Shown piece by piece: positions 14,456-27,700 of a stretch of 64,000 bases of DNA. Source of the DNA: Patellaria atrata CBS 101060 (Eukaryota); NCBI GenBank assembly GCA_010093705.1, contig MU006094.1:967550-1031549 (forward strand), written 5' to 3'. Each line of letters begins with the position of its first letter. Within the stretch, counting starts at the first letter, position 1. The notes under the pieces were generated by a model. That model saw only the letters and a program-made list of their open reading frames with translations. It was not told the DNA's origin and searched no databases. Both the position numbers and the translations under genes were made by a program.

Positions 14456-15110
14456 GGGAAGGCATGCATTATACCCATCTGATTTCCGGATAGAGCTTGG
14501 TTCATATTTGCATTGGCTTGCAATAGGAATCCGCGCTCTTCTATTGTTCAACTTAGTGATGATTGACCATGGTTGTAGATACATCCCAACCATGTAAGAT
14601 TTCTATTTTAACTTATCCGTTTGCCGTCGCAGCATTTCCACGTCTACTGCACGCTCAGCCTCAAGGGTGTGTCCTACTGTACAGATAAGTGGAAAATATA
14701 TAGGGCGTCCGTAACTTAAAGAACAGACTTAAGATGCGGATTCTTTTTATATACGTCTACCCCTAAGGTGTCTCTAATCCCTGAATATGGTAAAAGTCGA
14801 AACGGATGAGCTAGGTACGCCTATATAGTGTTAATATATAACGGACCTTCAAGGGATCGTGGGTAATATAACTGGATCATAATCATTAGCAGAATGGCGA
14901 AATGTAACAGTCGCTATAATTTTGTGATTTAATCTCGACCGAATAAACATATACCACGTTTCTTACCCTCGCAGAATACTATAGCTATAACAAACATCAT
15001 TAAGGAATATCTCCCAGTGCTCTACTAAACTATGTACTTCTGAGTCTCAACCCCCTAGGTTGCTTCCAATCTCGTCTTTAACGAAGGAATTTCATTAGCT
15101 CTCTTATCCT

Positions 15111-16020
15111 TCACAATGGCTTCCTTCCCTTCGCCAAAAACCACGTTCTGAACATCTCTTTGTCATCAAACTCAATCCTCAACTTCTCTTCCATGACCTT
15201 GAACCCAAAGTCTGTGAGTCCTGACTCTTCAAACAGTGCACGCATACCATTCTCATCGAAGCCGAAAACGTTGATCGCCTTGCGAACAGTTTCAGGGAGC
15301 ATGGCCTTGTGTTGTTCATCTATTTCCTTTCCACTATTTTGCTGATGTTCATGCCCATGCCCATGATGGTGATGGTGATGATGAGCATGCTCGTTCTCCC
15401 CCTCTCCATGCAAAAAGTCCACAACAGCCAATACACCCCCGGGCCTCAATCTTTCAACTAGCCTCTTAGTTGCTAGTGCCACATCTTCAAAATGATGATA
15501 CGCTCCAGCAACAGTCACGATATCGAAGTTCAGAAACTCGCCTTCATGCTCCTCTTGCTCTCCGAGCTGGAGCTCAGGGGGAGAAGCGAAGAGATCTCCA
15601 ACCACGGCTCTAATGTCTTTACACCTTTTCACTTCCCCTGCCTTTTCAGCTGATTCTCGGTCTTCAGCAAATCTGCGGGTAAAGATCTCGACCATGCCAG
15701 ATGAGAGGTCGATACCGCGAATAACATCAACGTAGGGTTCGAGCGCGCGGGACACCGCACCAGTCCCGCAGGCGTAGTCGAGGAGCCTGACTTTATGTTC
15801 TGGCGAGTCATTGTCGGGCGAATCTACGGAAAGACCGGCGACGTCGAGCCAGGGGATCGAGGAGAGAAAGGCAGTGGAGATTTGGGCGCCAATTTTGAGT
15901 TGCCAGGGTTTGATGTCGTAGGAGGCGGCCATTTCACTAGAAGAGCTCAGAGTATGGCTAAGAAAAGGGGAATTGGAAGACGTACTCGAACATCTTGCGG
16001 TTGGCTTCTGTGACAGACAT
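15111..16020 (-). CDS. class I SAM-dependent methyltransferase with His-rich insert
   Basis: Exon 1 MSVTEANRKMFD, intron at about 15937-15985, then LLDYACGTGAVS, GIDLSSGMV, YHHFED and LRPGGVLAVVDF. Confidence 0.9.
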
Positions 16021-16856
16021 TTTGGAGTTACTTGGGTGTTGGGTTAGTTGAATGAAGTAAGTTGATGAAGGTGGAGTCGATAGAGAACAACTGATAGAAT
16101 GATTCTAGTAGCTCTATACCTTGATGGTCTGTGAACATGCGCAAACTGAAAGTGTGTATGGAGGTCGAGATTGGTGTTCCAAAGACGTAGGGGCAGTCAC
16201 ATCTTTTATACTAATAAGTATTCATGGATCTACAGACTATTGATCAATATCAAGACCTTGCTTCCGTCTAATTTGCGTGAAGATTTCGTGAACATATTGA
16301 CTAATCCAGTCATTATTATGAACGAAAATACAGCGAATTTGGTACAAAAATATGAATAACGCGGACACATTTCGGAATCTTGGCATCGTACTAATCTGAT
16401 ATTTCCCCAGACAAAAGTTGAGAAAGGCGCAAGTTCTGAATAAGTGGAATGGTAATGACGAATAACTTACGAGTACAACCTTGAACCCGATATTTTCGGC
16501 GTATTTTAAAGAAAAGTCAGAAAGAGATCACGTGATCCAAAATGATATCTGCGGTTACGATCTTCGGATCATGACTATCTGGATAAAGAAGCCCTGTGGA
16601 AGCCACTACTTGACCAAATCACTTAGTCTAATGGTATTCAAATGATTGTGATCTTCAATGAGAACTACATATTGCTTGAGCATGCCAGAGAGACTTCCGT
16701 TGGTATATCGAAGAAGCCATGTTAACGTAAATAGGGGTTTCACCCCCATCTGACTACGTGACACTCACCGTAGAGCTGTGCCACATGTGGGTGTTGTTCG
16801 TAAGGTAGGTAGTGTTTCTTTTTCCGATGGATAACCTGATGTGTTGACCTTCCCAA

Positions 16857-17861
16857 CTAGGTAAACAGACCATCTGCGTACACCTCACGATCTTCTTGAG
16901 ATTCTGAATGGACATCGGTGGTTCCTTTAAGCTGGCTTTGACGTTCGAGACCTTCCGCGCGCTTGCGCCGCTTTCTAGCAGCACCGTCTTCCCAGCCTTC
17001 TGTATCGGCAGACGGGGGGGCGGACATGTTGTATAGTTTCAACAACTCCGCTCTAAATCTGTCAATTCGGGATTTGTTCACTCGGAATCTCTCGTTGCCC
17101 AACTGGACAAGGGTGTGCAGATATTCTTCGCTAACTATGGCGCATATCACGCCTTGTGACATCTGTTGACCTACGATTGAGTCAAACAAAAGCCCTGTAG
17201 AGCGGATTGCAACCATCGGAGTGATGGTACCGTCCGCTCGTGGGGAGAGCCCAACCGTGCCGCTCTCTCGAAATCCGGCTTGGAGTGCAGCCGACAGAAC
17301 GCGCTGCGCGTCATCCATAGATTTTGTCATTATATGCATGATCTATCACAAAGATGAGCAGACTCTGTAGCAAGAACTAGGGGTTTGTGCTAGTACCATT
17401 GGTTCAAACTTCAAGTGAACAAGGCTTATTCCCGATGAGAGACTGTAACGAGGGACAACTTCGTGTGGTCTAAGTCCAAAAAGACGAGTAAAGTGATCCC
17501 CCCAATTAAAACGATCTCCCTCATTCCGCTCCGGTACATCGACTGGAGAATGAGATACGAAAAGCCAGGTGCCGCCTCCTTTTCCGCCAGGACCTGCAAT
17601 TCCTGGAAGGTCTTTATCTTCGTTCTGTCTTGGGAGATCTTCTGGTGTGTCTTTCTTTCTTTTTCCTTCAAGAAAGACGCTAATTCTACCAGAACAACTA
17701 CTTGTAGTTACGAGACCTTCAATTGCATTGATATCATCAATCAGTGCTCGAATCGGTTCGTCTATAGATCCCTTTGGGGAGAGATCATTGTATTGAGCTT
17801 GTGGCACTGACAATTGCTTGAGGATCGTGGCCTTTCTGTGCTTGAAGGCCCCCATGGACAT
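16857..17861 (-). CDS. TYW3: tRNA wybutosine-synthesis methyltransferase Tyw3
   Basis: DLSPKGSIDEPI, TTSSCSGRISVF, WLFVSH, LKFEPM|IMHI, AGFRESG and MVAIRSTGL. One intron at about 17343-17397. Confidence 0.93.
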
Positions 17862-18111
17862 GATCGCACAAGCGTATCACTTGCAACTAATTTTCTTTGC
17901 TTGTTATTGAAAGTGAGGTTGGGGGAAAAGGAGGAAACGAAGCGAAGTCATGCGGCAGCGCGTTGGTTTGGCTCAGAGCCAAGGGTGAGATCATCGCCAA
18001 GAACGGATCTCAGACGCGCATCTCAACATGTACCTGGAGGAGGGGAGCAACTCCAACGATATTATTGAGAATTTCTTCTTGACTCCTAATACAAAGAGCC
18101 TATATCTGAAC

Positions 18112-21100
18112 ATGCCGCGCCGCTCTCTGAGACAGTCCGTAGGATCAGCTTCACGAAGCTCGTCCAAACGAGTTACACCTCCTACGACCACCCCGAGTCG
18201 CCAATCTAAGCGTACAAAACTTCAAAGTACTGACGCAACTGCAAGAGCCACTCTTACGAAAAGCAAATATTTTGAGCCAGCGTCCTCGGAAGCTGAAAGC
18301 GAGTCAGTCATAGAGAACGAGGAATCAGGCTACGAAGACGAGGATGCAGCGGTTGAGCCTTCATCAGAGGAGTCTGAAGTGGAAGACGATACAGCATTTT
18401 CAACTGAGGAAGACACTAAACCGAAAAAGAAAGCTGGAAGAAGGACTTTAAAATCCCAATCATCCTCCGTTGGACTACAGAAACGAGGCAAAGGTAGCGA
18501 GCTGCTGAGAGAGGGCGCAGATATAGGACTTCTGCCGGGTACTCAAGTGATCATTGATAAACCAAAGGCGAGACCGGCGGGAGGCACGCCGTATTCTGAT
18601 GATACTATACATCCTAATACGATGCTTTTCCTTGGGGATTTGGCAAAGAATAACCAGAGGGAGTGGCTTAAAAGTAGGATCTTTCTTTTGAATGCTTGCT
18701 GGATCCACTAGAAGGGGATCCGGGCATTGAGTCTAGCGTGATATACTAACTATCCTTATGTTTTCAGCCCATGACTTAGACTATAGACAGTCCTTGCAAG
18801 ATTTTCAATCTTTTCTCGAAAGCATGACCCAGAAATTGATCGAAGTAGATGAGACCATTCCAGAGTTACCTGTCAAAGATATTGTTAGTAATGTGAGGTA
18901 TCCCTAATTCATCTTGCTAAAGCTTTGGTAGATATTTCGGATTTATAGGGACGTTCGGTTTAGCAAAGACCAAACACCGTACAAGGTATTTTAGACCCAT
19001 AGTCCTATGACCTCCTTACTGATACCGCATTGTAAGACACATTTTTCAGCAGCGTGGTAAGTCTAATCCGAAACTATCTTTACGTCACACTTACAATTGT
19101 CCAGGTCTCGTACAGGAAGAAAAGGTAAGTCACCGGTGAAGAGGGCTATTACCAGAGAACTGATCTAGGTACAGGACCATACGCTGCCTATTATCTACAA
19201 ATTAAACCTAATGGTAGCTACGTGGGTAAGTGTATTTCACTTAGGACTCCGCTTCACTACGATCACTCCAGACGGTTGCGACATGAATGAGTTTTCCATT
19301 GAGAGCAGCGGTATATATTCTAAGCGGTGCACAAACATTTTGGAAAGACATAAGCGGCTATTGTTGGAAGGAGAGCGCTCCCTCTTATCAGTTTGCTTTC
19401 GCCACAGCCTGGGACTAAATGGTATTAAGTGGTCACGACGTTTATAAAGCTTGCATTCTATGGTACGCACTGTCGAGTTCTGGCAAATCCTATGATATTG
19501 CGGGTTTGTTGTCGCACCGTCATGAAGTCCAGTGGACTAGACCCATCTACTTTAAGTGGCATCATTACCTACTATATTTCTCTTCCCTGCCACGGTCTGC
19601 TTGACTACGAACTCTGTGGTTACCCGACTTGGAGGGTAGATGGTTCATATTAATGCACCTCTTCAGTGGAGCTCGGCGCACATGTGCCAGAGAGTGATTA
19701 CATTACCAAACATACGAATGGACGCCAGAGCTTATCAGGCAATCCGGTCATATTTATTCTCCGTATTGAACTCCAGCGAGAGTACGTGGCTTCCTCGCAC
19801 CTCTAAAAGCAGAAATGGAAAGATAGCGCGAAAACTTGTCCGTCCTAGATCGATTTCTGGCAAGAACTCATCAGCCTATTGAACAGTATTGTAAAAGATA
19901 TCGGCACGCGTCGGCACGGACTTACTGGTGTTGGATGGATACCCACGAGTCTTTTTGAGAGTGGCTAGACTACCGACTACCTGACGACACTGAGTTGCTG
20001 AATTCTTTCGAGTCCGATCACCACCACATTCACGTTGGCAACTCTTTAAAGCGTTCATAATCCCTCAGTGTGCTACCATATTGGATCGTGGAGCATTAGG
20101 ATCAGACAATTGTACAGTACGAAGGTGTAATGGCTGTTGCCTTTCGAAGTCTACCTGGTCTCCCGCTCAAGGCTGGCAGCTTATCGATATCCTCGCCACT
20201 GTTAAAGCGCTTTATGTTGACCGGTCGCAACCGAACGGAGTTATTCATCGCATTTCTTATGGCTCTCTCTTCCAAGTTTCTACCGAACTAACGATCGCGC
20301 AGGTGGAGGATTGTGGCAACCGGAGTCCCAGCCTCTTGCAGCTCTTCGAATGAACATCAATCAAGATTCGTCGCAAATCAAGAGTGTTCTTATAAATTCG
20401 CAGTTACGAAAAGAGTTCTTAGGAGGTATATCTAATGATGAGACGAAAGCTGTGAAGGCCTTTGCAGGTCAAAACGCGGAAAATGCGCTAAAAAGCAGAC
20501 CTCAGGTAAGCAAGATCCAGTGTATCTCATTTCTAGGAGTCTATTACCTTGATATACTCTTAAGACAGTGGTTTAAGATGCGAATTTGGGGTACGCGAAG
20601 GATGTCGAGAGTATCCCATACTGTTGTCCATTACTATAACCTCCGGAACTCTGGACTTTCAGCTCACACGAAGAGGAACGATCAACATTCGGTACACTAT
20701 GCTGTTATTGAGAGTTGAGATGCAAAGCTTTGAGGTTCCAGAGCAGAAGTTCCACGGCACTAGACACCGTCAAAGGAATAGTGACTAGACCCTTGGGTCT
20801 CCCTAGTATTTCTCAAAAGCCGGGCACTCCTTTGGTGACGCTACTACGGACATCTTGTGCTCCTATGGCCCAAACAAGCAAATCTTCACAGCCGATTATT
20901 ATTGAAGTTTGAGGCTATATTAGAATTATCTGCGGACTGTTATTTCCAATACCAAACCCTAGGGCTATAGAGAACGATTTCCCGTAATAGAATAAGAAAG
21001 AACGAGCCCCCTGACCTGAGATTCGGATGTAACATATCAAAAATCTCAATACACTGGACTGAACGCCTAAGAACACTGCCGAGTTGAGAAATTCGCTAAC

Positions 21101-21754
21101 AGATAATGATGTAGGGATATGATGCGGACCACAAAGACATTGAACTTTTACGACTCAGAAGTTTTACTATAGGAAGAAAACTGGGCGATGATGAGGTGCT
21201 CGGGGCAAAAGGGTTTGCCCGCATGGCTCATTTGTTGTCTTGCCTTGTACCTTTTGTAAGTCTATCTGCTTCTTCGCTTGACTTTCTTAATTCTCAGCTT
21301 TCATAAACTCTCCTTCCCAAAATGCATTTTATCACGAGCGAATCAATGTTGTCGAATTTGTCATCTGTCATAACACGACTTTTTTGAAGCAACCCCTGAT
21401 TCGGTTGAGCAATCCGCTCAATCACAACCTAATATTTACACCAGAGCTTTAGCGTACCAAACTTTGCATGAGAATCGTCCTATCGATCTATCAGGGGACA
21501 TCACCGATAATAGGCCACCATAGCCTTTAGTCATTGTTCTCAATTGCTTCTACGCTGGCTTTGCGGTCTCGAACTTCGAGAGTCTTCTGTTTCGATTTTA
21601 TGCTGCTCCAGATCCGCAACCCTGCACCCTGAATTAATAAGTGGCATTCATCGATCGCTAACAAATGTGGTGACGGTAGATCACATATCTGAATAGCGTA
21701 GTAATGCCTGATCAAGAGGACGAGGAGGATGAGAGCGACAGCGAAGGCGCCTAA
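18112..21754 (+). CDS. DUF2461 (TIGR02453-family) protein with acidic/basic N-terminal extension; 9 exons
   Basis: Spliced frame reads FLGDLAKNNQREWLK|THD...|IFRIYRDVRFSKDQTPYK|THFSAAW|SRTGRKG|PYAAYYLQIKPNGSYVG|GGLWQPE...RPQ|GYDADHKDIELLRLRSF...PF|ITYLNSVVMPD...EGA*. Includes two micro-exons of about 20 nt and long introns at 19226-20302, 20506-21114 and 21256-21679. Confidence 0.9.
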
Positions 21755-24700
21755 GTCTGACGACGTGAAGGACGATGATGGGAGCAAAACGGATTAGTGA
21801 GGATTAAGCGCTAACGGAGATTGCACTAGGAACATAGGATATGCACGGATTACGGCGAAGTACATTGGCGATGACTTGTCAGTTCTCGAGGGATTCTGCG
21901 TTGTTGACCTCAAGCCCTCACGCAATATGCCATCAATCTTGGCCAGTCTTTTCTTCTTACTCTAAAAATGCAGGGTGAGAATTATGATAGGTCTGGTCGA
22001 ATATTCGATATATTCATGAAGGCAGATGCGAATTAAATTAGCTCCCTTACAGAACTCCCCACCACCGATTTACACGGTACGGCAAAAGGCGTGGTGGTCA
22101 GTTTTTATCTGCAACCTGGAACTAATTCGAGGGGAAGCGTCGCGAGATAGGTTATTAAAACGATCCATCCCAAACAAGGTATGGTCCCGGCAGTGGCGCT
22201 GCGGGTCCTATGAAGTGGCATGCATCGAATATCAGTCACGGGATCTCTAGTCTTTTAGGTGCTGCAGGGGTTCAAGGTTTCTTGCAGCAACGCGCAGGGC
22301 CGCCCAAAAAGTAGTGCGGAGAACTGGGACATCCCGGACAGGCTAAGTGAATAGATAGGATTTGTGTTATTTCGTTTCCGTCTCTGTTCTATCGGTATCT
22401 TCTCGGAATTAACTTTCGGTCTTCCTCCTCGCCATCCAAGACAAGACATCACAGGTCGAGATTAGCATTTCCCCAACACCCGCTGTAAGGCTATCTGAAA
22501 TTGCCTATGCCCTACCGCATCCCGTCTAGGACTGATCGATTGCTGCTCCAGTTGTCTGCCTGACGGAGATCACAGAGAGCGGGAGAGTGATTCCCTATCA
22601 GAAGGGCTACTTTAGCTTTACAGGCCTGCACAATAAGCAGTTGTACAGTACACTTCCACAGGTACGAGATCGGTCTTTCATTCAGTGGATGAAGCGCCCC
22701 CGGTCACCTACGCTGTATCTAGGTAGCTTAAATTTTTCCTCTCAAGTCGCGTAAGCAGGCCCGACATGTTCTCCCGCCGTGTTATCTGAAAAATGACGCT
22801 GATGCCGCTTGAGGCGGTGATACCCTTGGTTTACTCACCGTATCCTCGCATTCAACTTCACTTCAAACAACTATACCGCATCGCATTTTCTTCCTCGCAA
22901 GGTTCAGAAAAAGTTAGGAGCTGGTGGAGGGTGCGCTTCGTCAGGCTAAACAAGGCTCCGGGGACAAAGAGCAAGCCAAGCAAACATCTCCAACTTCCTG
23001 GTTCCACGCTTTGTTTTGCTGATGAATACCTTACCCGTCATACTGATAGGGACGGGCCGCAACACTCTATGGATGCAGCAGGGTTGTGGTGGTAGAGCAT
23101 CCGATATCTGCAGCTCGCCTCGTTTGTGAAAGCGACCGATCCCGACCTGAGATGCCCCTTGGGCCATCCGCCGCAATTTCTACGGACAGTATCAACAATC
23201 ACATGGCGTGAATAACCTTTTTCGATCCTCTCGCTAGGTCTCAATATCAGCAGCGAAGGACTCTCATACTTTCGTAACATTTAATAAGTGGTTATCAAGC
23301 TACCTTGACATGCTCGTAAGCACAATAGGCGGTGAGAACTCAAAACCGATACCCAACCGTCCCGCAGGACCAGAAACGTTCTCTCGGCTTGATGCCTTAC
23401 TTTCCTTGACTGATTCATGCTCATCGTCACCATCTGCATTTTACAGGAAAACATTCAGCTCCAGGTGGTCACATGAACACGGCAAAGGCGTCGTACGTTA
23501 CTCCATTACGGCAGCAGTTCCGTCCCAGACACCCTCCCATCATGGCTCGTCCCGCTTGATCGTACACACAATCCAGGGATTTCACGGGTATGCAGTCTCG
23601 CGGCGTGGATGTTACCTTCTCGTCGGTTACGCTCACCTAGGATGGGCACCACTCAGAACTTACAACTACGACAGAATTGTTCAACACAGAAGCGCGACAA
23701 AACGTTTCCGCTCCCTAGGAAAATAGCCCCTTTTCAACTTATCCCACACTCTGTGCGAGATCTTCATCAGTTCGCTGTTGATGACAATAATGCAGCTTGC
23801 CCATATTAGTCCTTCTGATAAACACGGCATGATTCATTTTGTCGAATCATAATCACACGGCATTAGGAGATATGACAATGCAGCAATGTGGCACAACAGC
23901 GCCAGAGCAATCGAGCCGATGATTATGCATCATAAACCATCTATCACACTCGGGCCCTGCCGAGTAAGATTCTAAGTCAACCGAGCTGACATCGGGATGC
24001 CGAAATATGTTTTGTACTTCTTTTGTAACGTCGTCGTATCGTTCGTATTGTATTATATAGTGCCTTTAGTACTACTGTGAGTGAACCGTGATATTCCTGG
24101 TTCTATTTTCAAATGGAGCGGACTAGAAATACTTCCTGTCTCAACTAAAGCACTAGTATCATATTCTGCGGTATTTTACAGTATAGGTAGGATCGGCGCT
24201 TGCATTGTCTGATGTAAGTAGTTGTGCGACAATCTGGAGTCTACTTTTGTATTTGCCGCGCTGTTGCATGCACCTTTCGCACTGTAGTCTCCACTCTTCT
24301 GCCTTATTGTCGCGCCGTACGTAGTTCTATGGGTTGGAATCATTCATCATCAATCTTAACAACCGCCACGGCCCCGTTACCATGTGTGGTGGCATCTCCG
24401 TGCATTTCAACGAGAGTCCATGCGCCATGTGCGCGCAGCCAACATTGGACCCGGATATTCGCCTGGAGGTTATTCAAAGGGTCTGGCGGCCTGATCATCA
24501 TCAAGAAAAGGATACGAAACGCATGCGGTTCAGCTACCAAATAATGAAACATGATATGCACGTTGGTCACCCGTGTGGTCGCGAACAAGTCGAAAAGCCC
24601 TCAACACCATCCTAGTGGACAAACATATCTAGATCTCTACAGAGTGTACAGTACAGTAGGGAGTACAAAACTGTCTCTTGCGTATCAAGATGGATGTTTA

Positions 24701-27700
24701 ACTGACTCGCCCTTGGCCAAGTAAAAACGCCTAGTGTTGACGTTTTCAGTCTCATGCAGCAGTAGCATTTCCGGCTACCTTCAAATCTTGTATAGTATCA
24801 ACGGACCGTCTTCTCCTCGAATTTCTTAGCGGAAACCAAATAAAAGCGTCGCAATCGCGCCTTGAAATTTCTGATTGGCTCCATTGAATATTTATACGAG
24901 GTAAATCGTCAGCAAACGGATTGTCCCAGACTCCTAGGCTAGCATTGAACGCCAACCGGTGTCTATAGTACACTATGATCCTATGACCTGAAGATGGAGA
25001 ATCCCCGTTTTACGTTAATTCCACATTTGCTTCATACTATGGCTCGCTCACCCATACGATACTAGGACTAAATAATCTCTAACAGATTCGCCGATTACTT
25101 CCTTTTGTTCTTCCTTCAACAAGAAAGAGATGATGATACGTGGGTAGCTCTCCCAGGGGATTGATTGTTGGATTCTCAACGGTCATCAAGACCTTATTCC
25201 ATCGCGGCTTTCAAGTTCAAACTCGTCCGTCATTGCAACTTTCCAACTATTATCCATCCTCAGTATAGAATCGACGCCGATTTCAGGGAACGAGTCACAA
25301 AATCAACTTTCATTATTTCCCGCACGTAGCATCGAATGTCGATGTCAACGCCAACGCTATTCTTCTGCGGCGGGACGGAGGACACTAATATAGATCAATC
25401 GAGTCGGTAGTCTGGTCACATCCTTTCCACAAATCAAGACCTAGAGGATTGCAATCCTAGCTCACAGTATTTAGGACCAGTCCCACCGTTCCAGGTTTAC
25501 GAGCGTGTGAGCGAGGGTAGGGAACGGGGATTACACACCTTGTTCTAACCCATTTCTGCGATCGAATACTAGTCTCGAGTTCAAAATGGTACGTCATCGT
25601 CCCTTGCTTCACCTTGTTGACCCTGACGGATCTCGTCGGCTTATGGCTCCACATACCACTCCCGTACAAGCACTCTGGAGCAGATGGAACTCCGCCTTGG
25701 GACATCGTCACCGACTCGACTACTTTCTCGGATCTCTCTTGATTGTAGAGCAGTATTAGCGCTGGTGGACGGCATGAACATGGACGCAACCAACAGTAAG
25801 CCTAGATAAGGTATCTCACAATGACTATACCGGCATACAATATCGGGAAAAGATTGGGCTGCAAGCAGTCTACGGAACAGAGGCAGAGGTGTCTCAAGCT
25901 TGACTTCAACTGTGCTACAGATGAGCGAAACTGGACCGGTTGTGTGTAAACAGTTAACCCGTAAAGGACTGTTCCTCATTCACATAAAAAAAAAATCAGC
26001 CCTACAGCGTATGCGTGGACCCGATTTGTCGATGTTGGGCACCAGGTCCGAGGAATCGTCCATACAGGGCCTCCGAATTCAGCAGAGTTGCTCTCATGAG
26101 TAGCACTCGTCGGACACAGTACGCACTTGCCCTACACTCGCCGGAGCTCATTGTGAGCTATCCGTGAGTAAGACTACTTACTGTTTTCGTGCGCTTCTGA
26201 ACTCCGAGTCGAGTTGCGCAGTCTTATCATTACTGACAGCTGAAACCAACGACTCTTCTGCTAGGGGTAAGGTGGGCAAGCATATAGCAAGAAAGGAGTA
26301 CAGTACCACAGAAGGAAAGCAAAGTCCAAACTAACAATTTCTACTGTACTCCAATATTATTGTCCCAAGATTGGGGGGAAGCGCGCCATTGTTGGTGCCT
26401 CTCTATTTGTAGGTTCGCACTACTTCGTTGAAGGAACTTTCCGGAAACAAACCGCGGATGTGGTCTCTATCAAGAATTAGGGCAAGGTGATTGCGGCTTG
26501 AGCCGTCTCCAGTCCCCACAGGCGTTCGTTTGAACGATACGTTACTGCCACGTCCACGGTATAGAAACCCGACAAGAAACGAGTTGATGTTGGTTACCTT
26601 GGAAGCTTGGTTGGAGGCGTTTTGGAAATCATGTCACCGGTGTATAAGTCGAAAATGGCGTCGTGCAGCGAGCTTGGTGTTGGTGGGGTGGGTAGGGTAA
26701 GGTAGTTATGCATGAAGATCGATTTTAAAACACACGCCAAAAGCGTGTAATCTCTTGCGGCGTTAGGCGAGCTTTATCTGGTTCGGCACCGCACTACTTT
26801 CATGGCTTCCGCAATCTTGATTGCTCAAAAGCAGATTTATGATTTATTTCAAGCTGTGGGACGCAAAATAGTGTTTGCGCCAAAAGAATAGAGTTGAGAA
26901 AACCTTTTTGCCTCCCGAAAAGGGCCGGAAGGAAAGGACCTTTCCGCCCTTCCGCTACTACTTCGAACCGTCAAACGTCATGCTTCGAACCGGCTTCCTC
27001 GAAGTCGGAACAAAGTCAGTAGTAAAGTTTAGCTGAGGATACGTCTGCGAGATAGTGGACTCGATGGTGTGTCGGCAGCGGGAGAAGCGCTCCAGAACGA
27101 TCAGGGAACGTCGCGGCAAAAGTCTTGACTTCCTCAGGAAAAGCTTTGAGCATCTGGGTATCACGGCGTAGAGGAGAAACATCATCTTATCTCCTTCTTT
27201 TCCCCTCAGTTGGACAAGTTTGACGCGGGGAGCGGCACAAGTAGTAGTGAGTTAAGTAGTCAGTCAGTCAGGTGTAAGGCAGTGACAGCATAAAGGGGTG
27301 ACTGTGCGTCGGTGCATCACATGCGTCCATGACTGCACATCATCTCGACGGGTGCGGAACGGCAAGAGATTGATTAGCAAAATTCCCCTTTTTCTCCTTT
27401 CGCCTGAAGCGCCTCGCTAATGGAAGTTCTACAACAGTAGTGGAGAGAGGGAATGGCGCCGGTTCCCGTTCCACGCATTTCTTCAGGCCTGAGGTGTCAG
27501 CCAGACCTGGTCCAAAAGCGCTTTTACTGTACTGTAGAGTAGTACATGTACTTTACTTGTACTGTACCGTGGTTGTACAGGTCTTTACGAAAAATCGAAA
27601 GCTAAAGAGCCGAATTCAGCACCGTTTGAGTGTGACAGGACCAGGCACACACGTAACCTACCCGACCGCCTGTGGGATTTCCCGCGCGAAATTTGAGGAG

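Noticed and set aside
15345..15390. Poly-His tract in the methyltransferase
   Set aside because: A low-complexity insert of a kind common in fungal proteins, with no further evidence of function.
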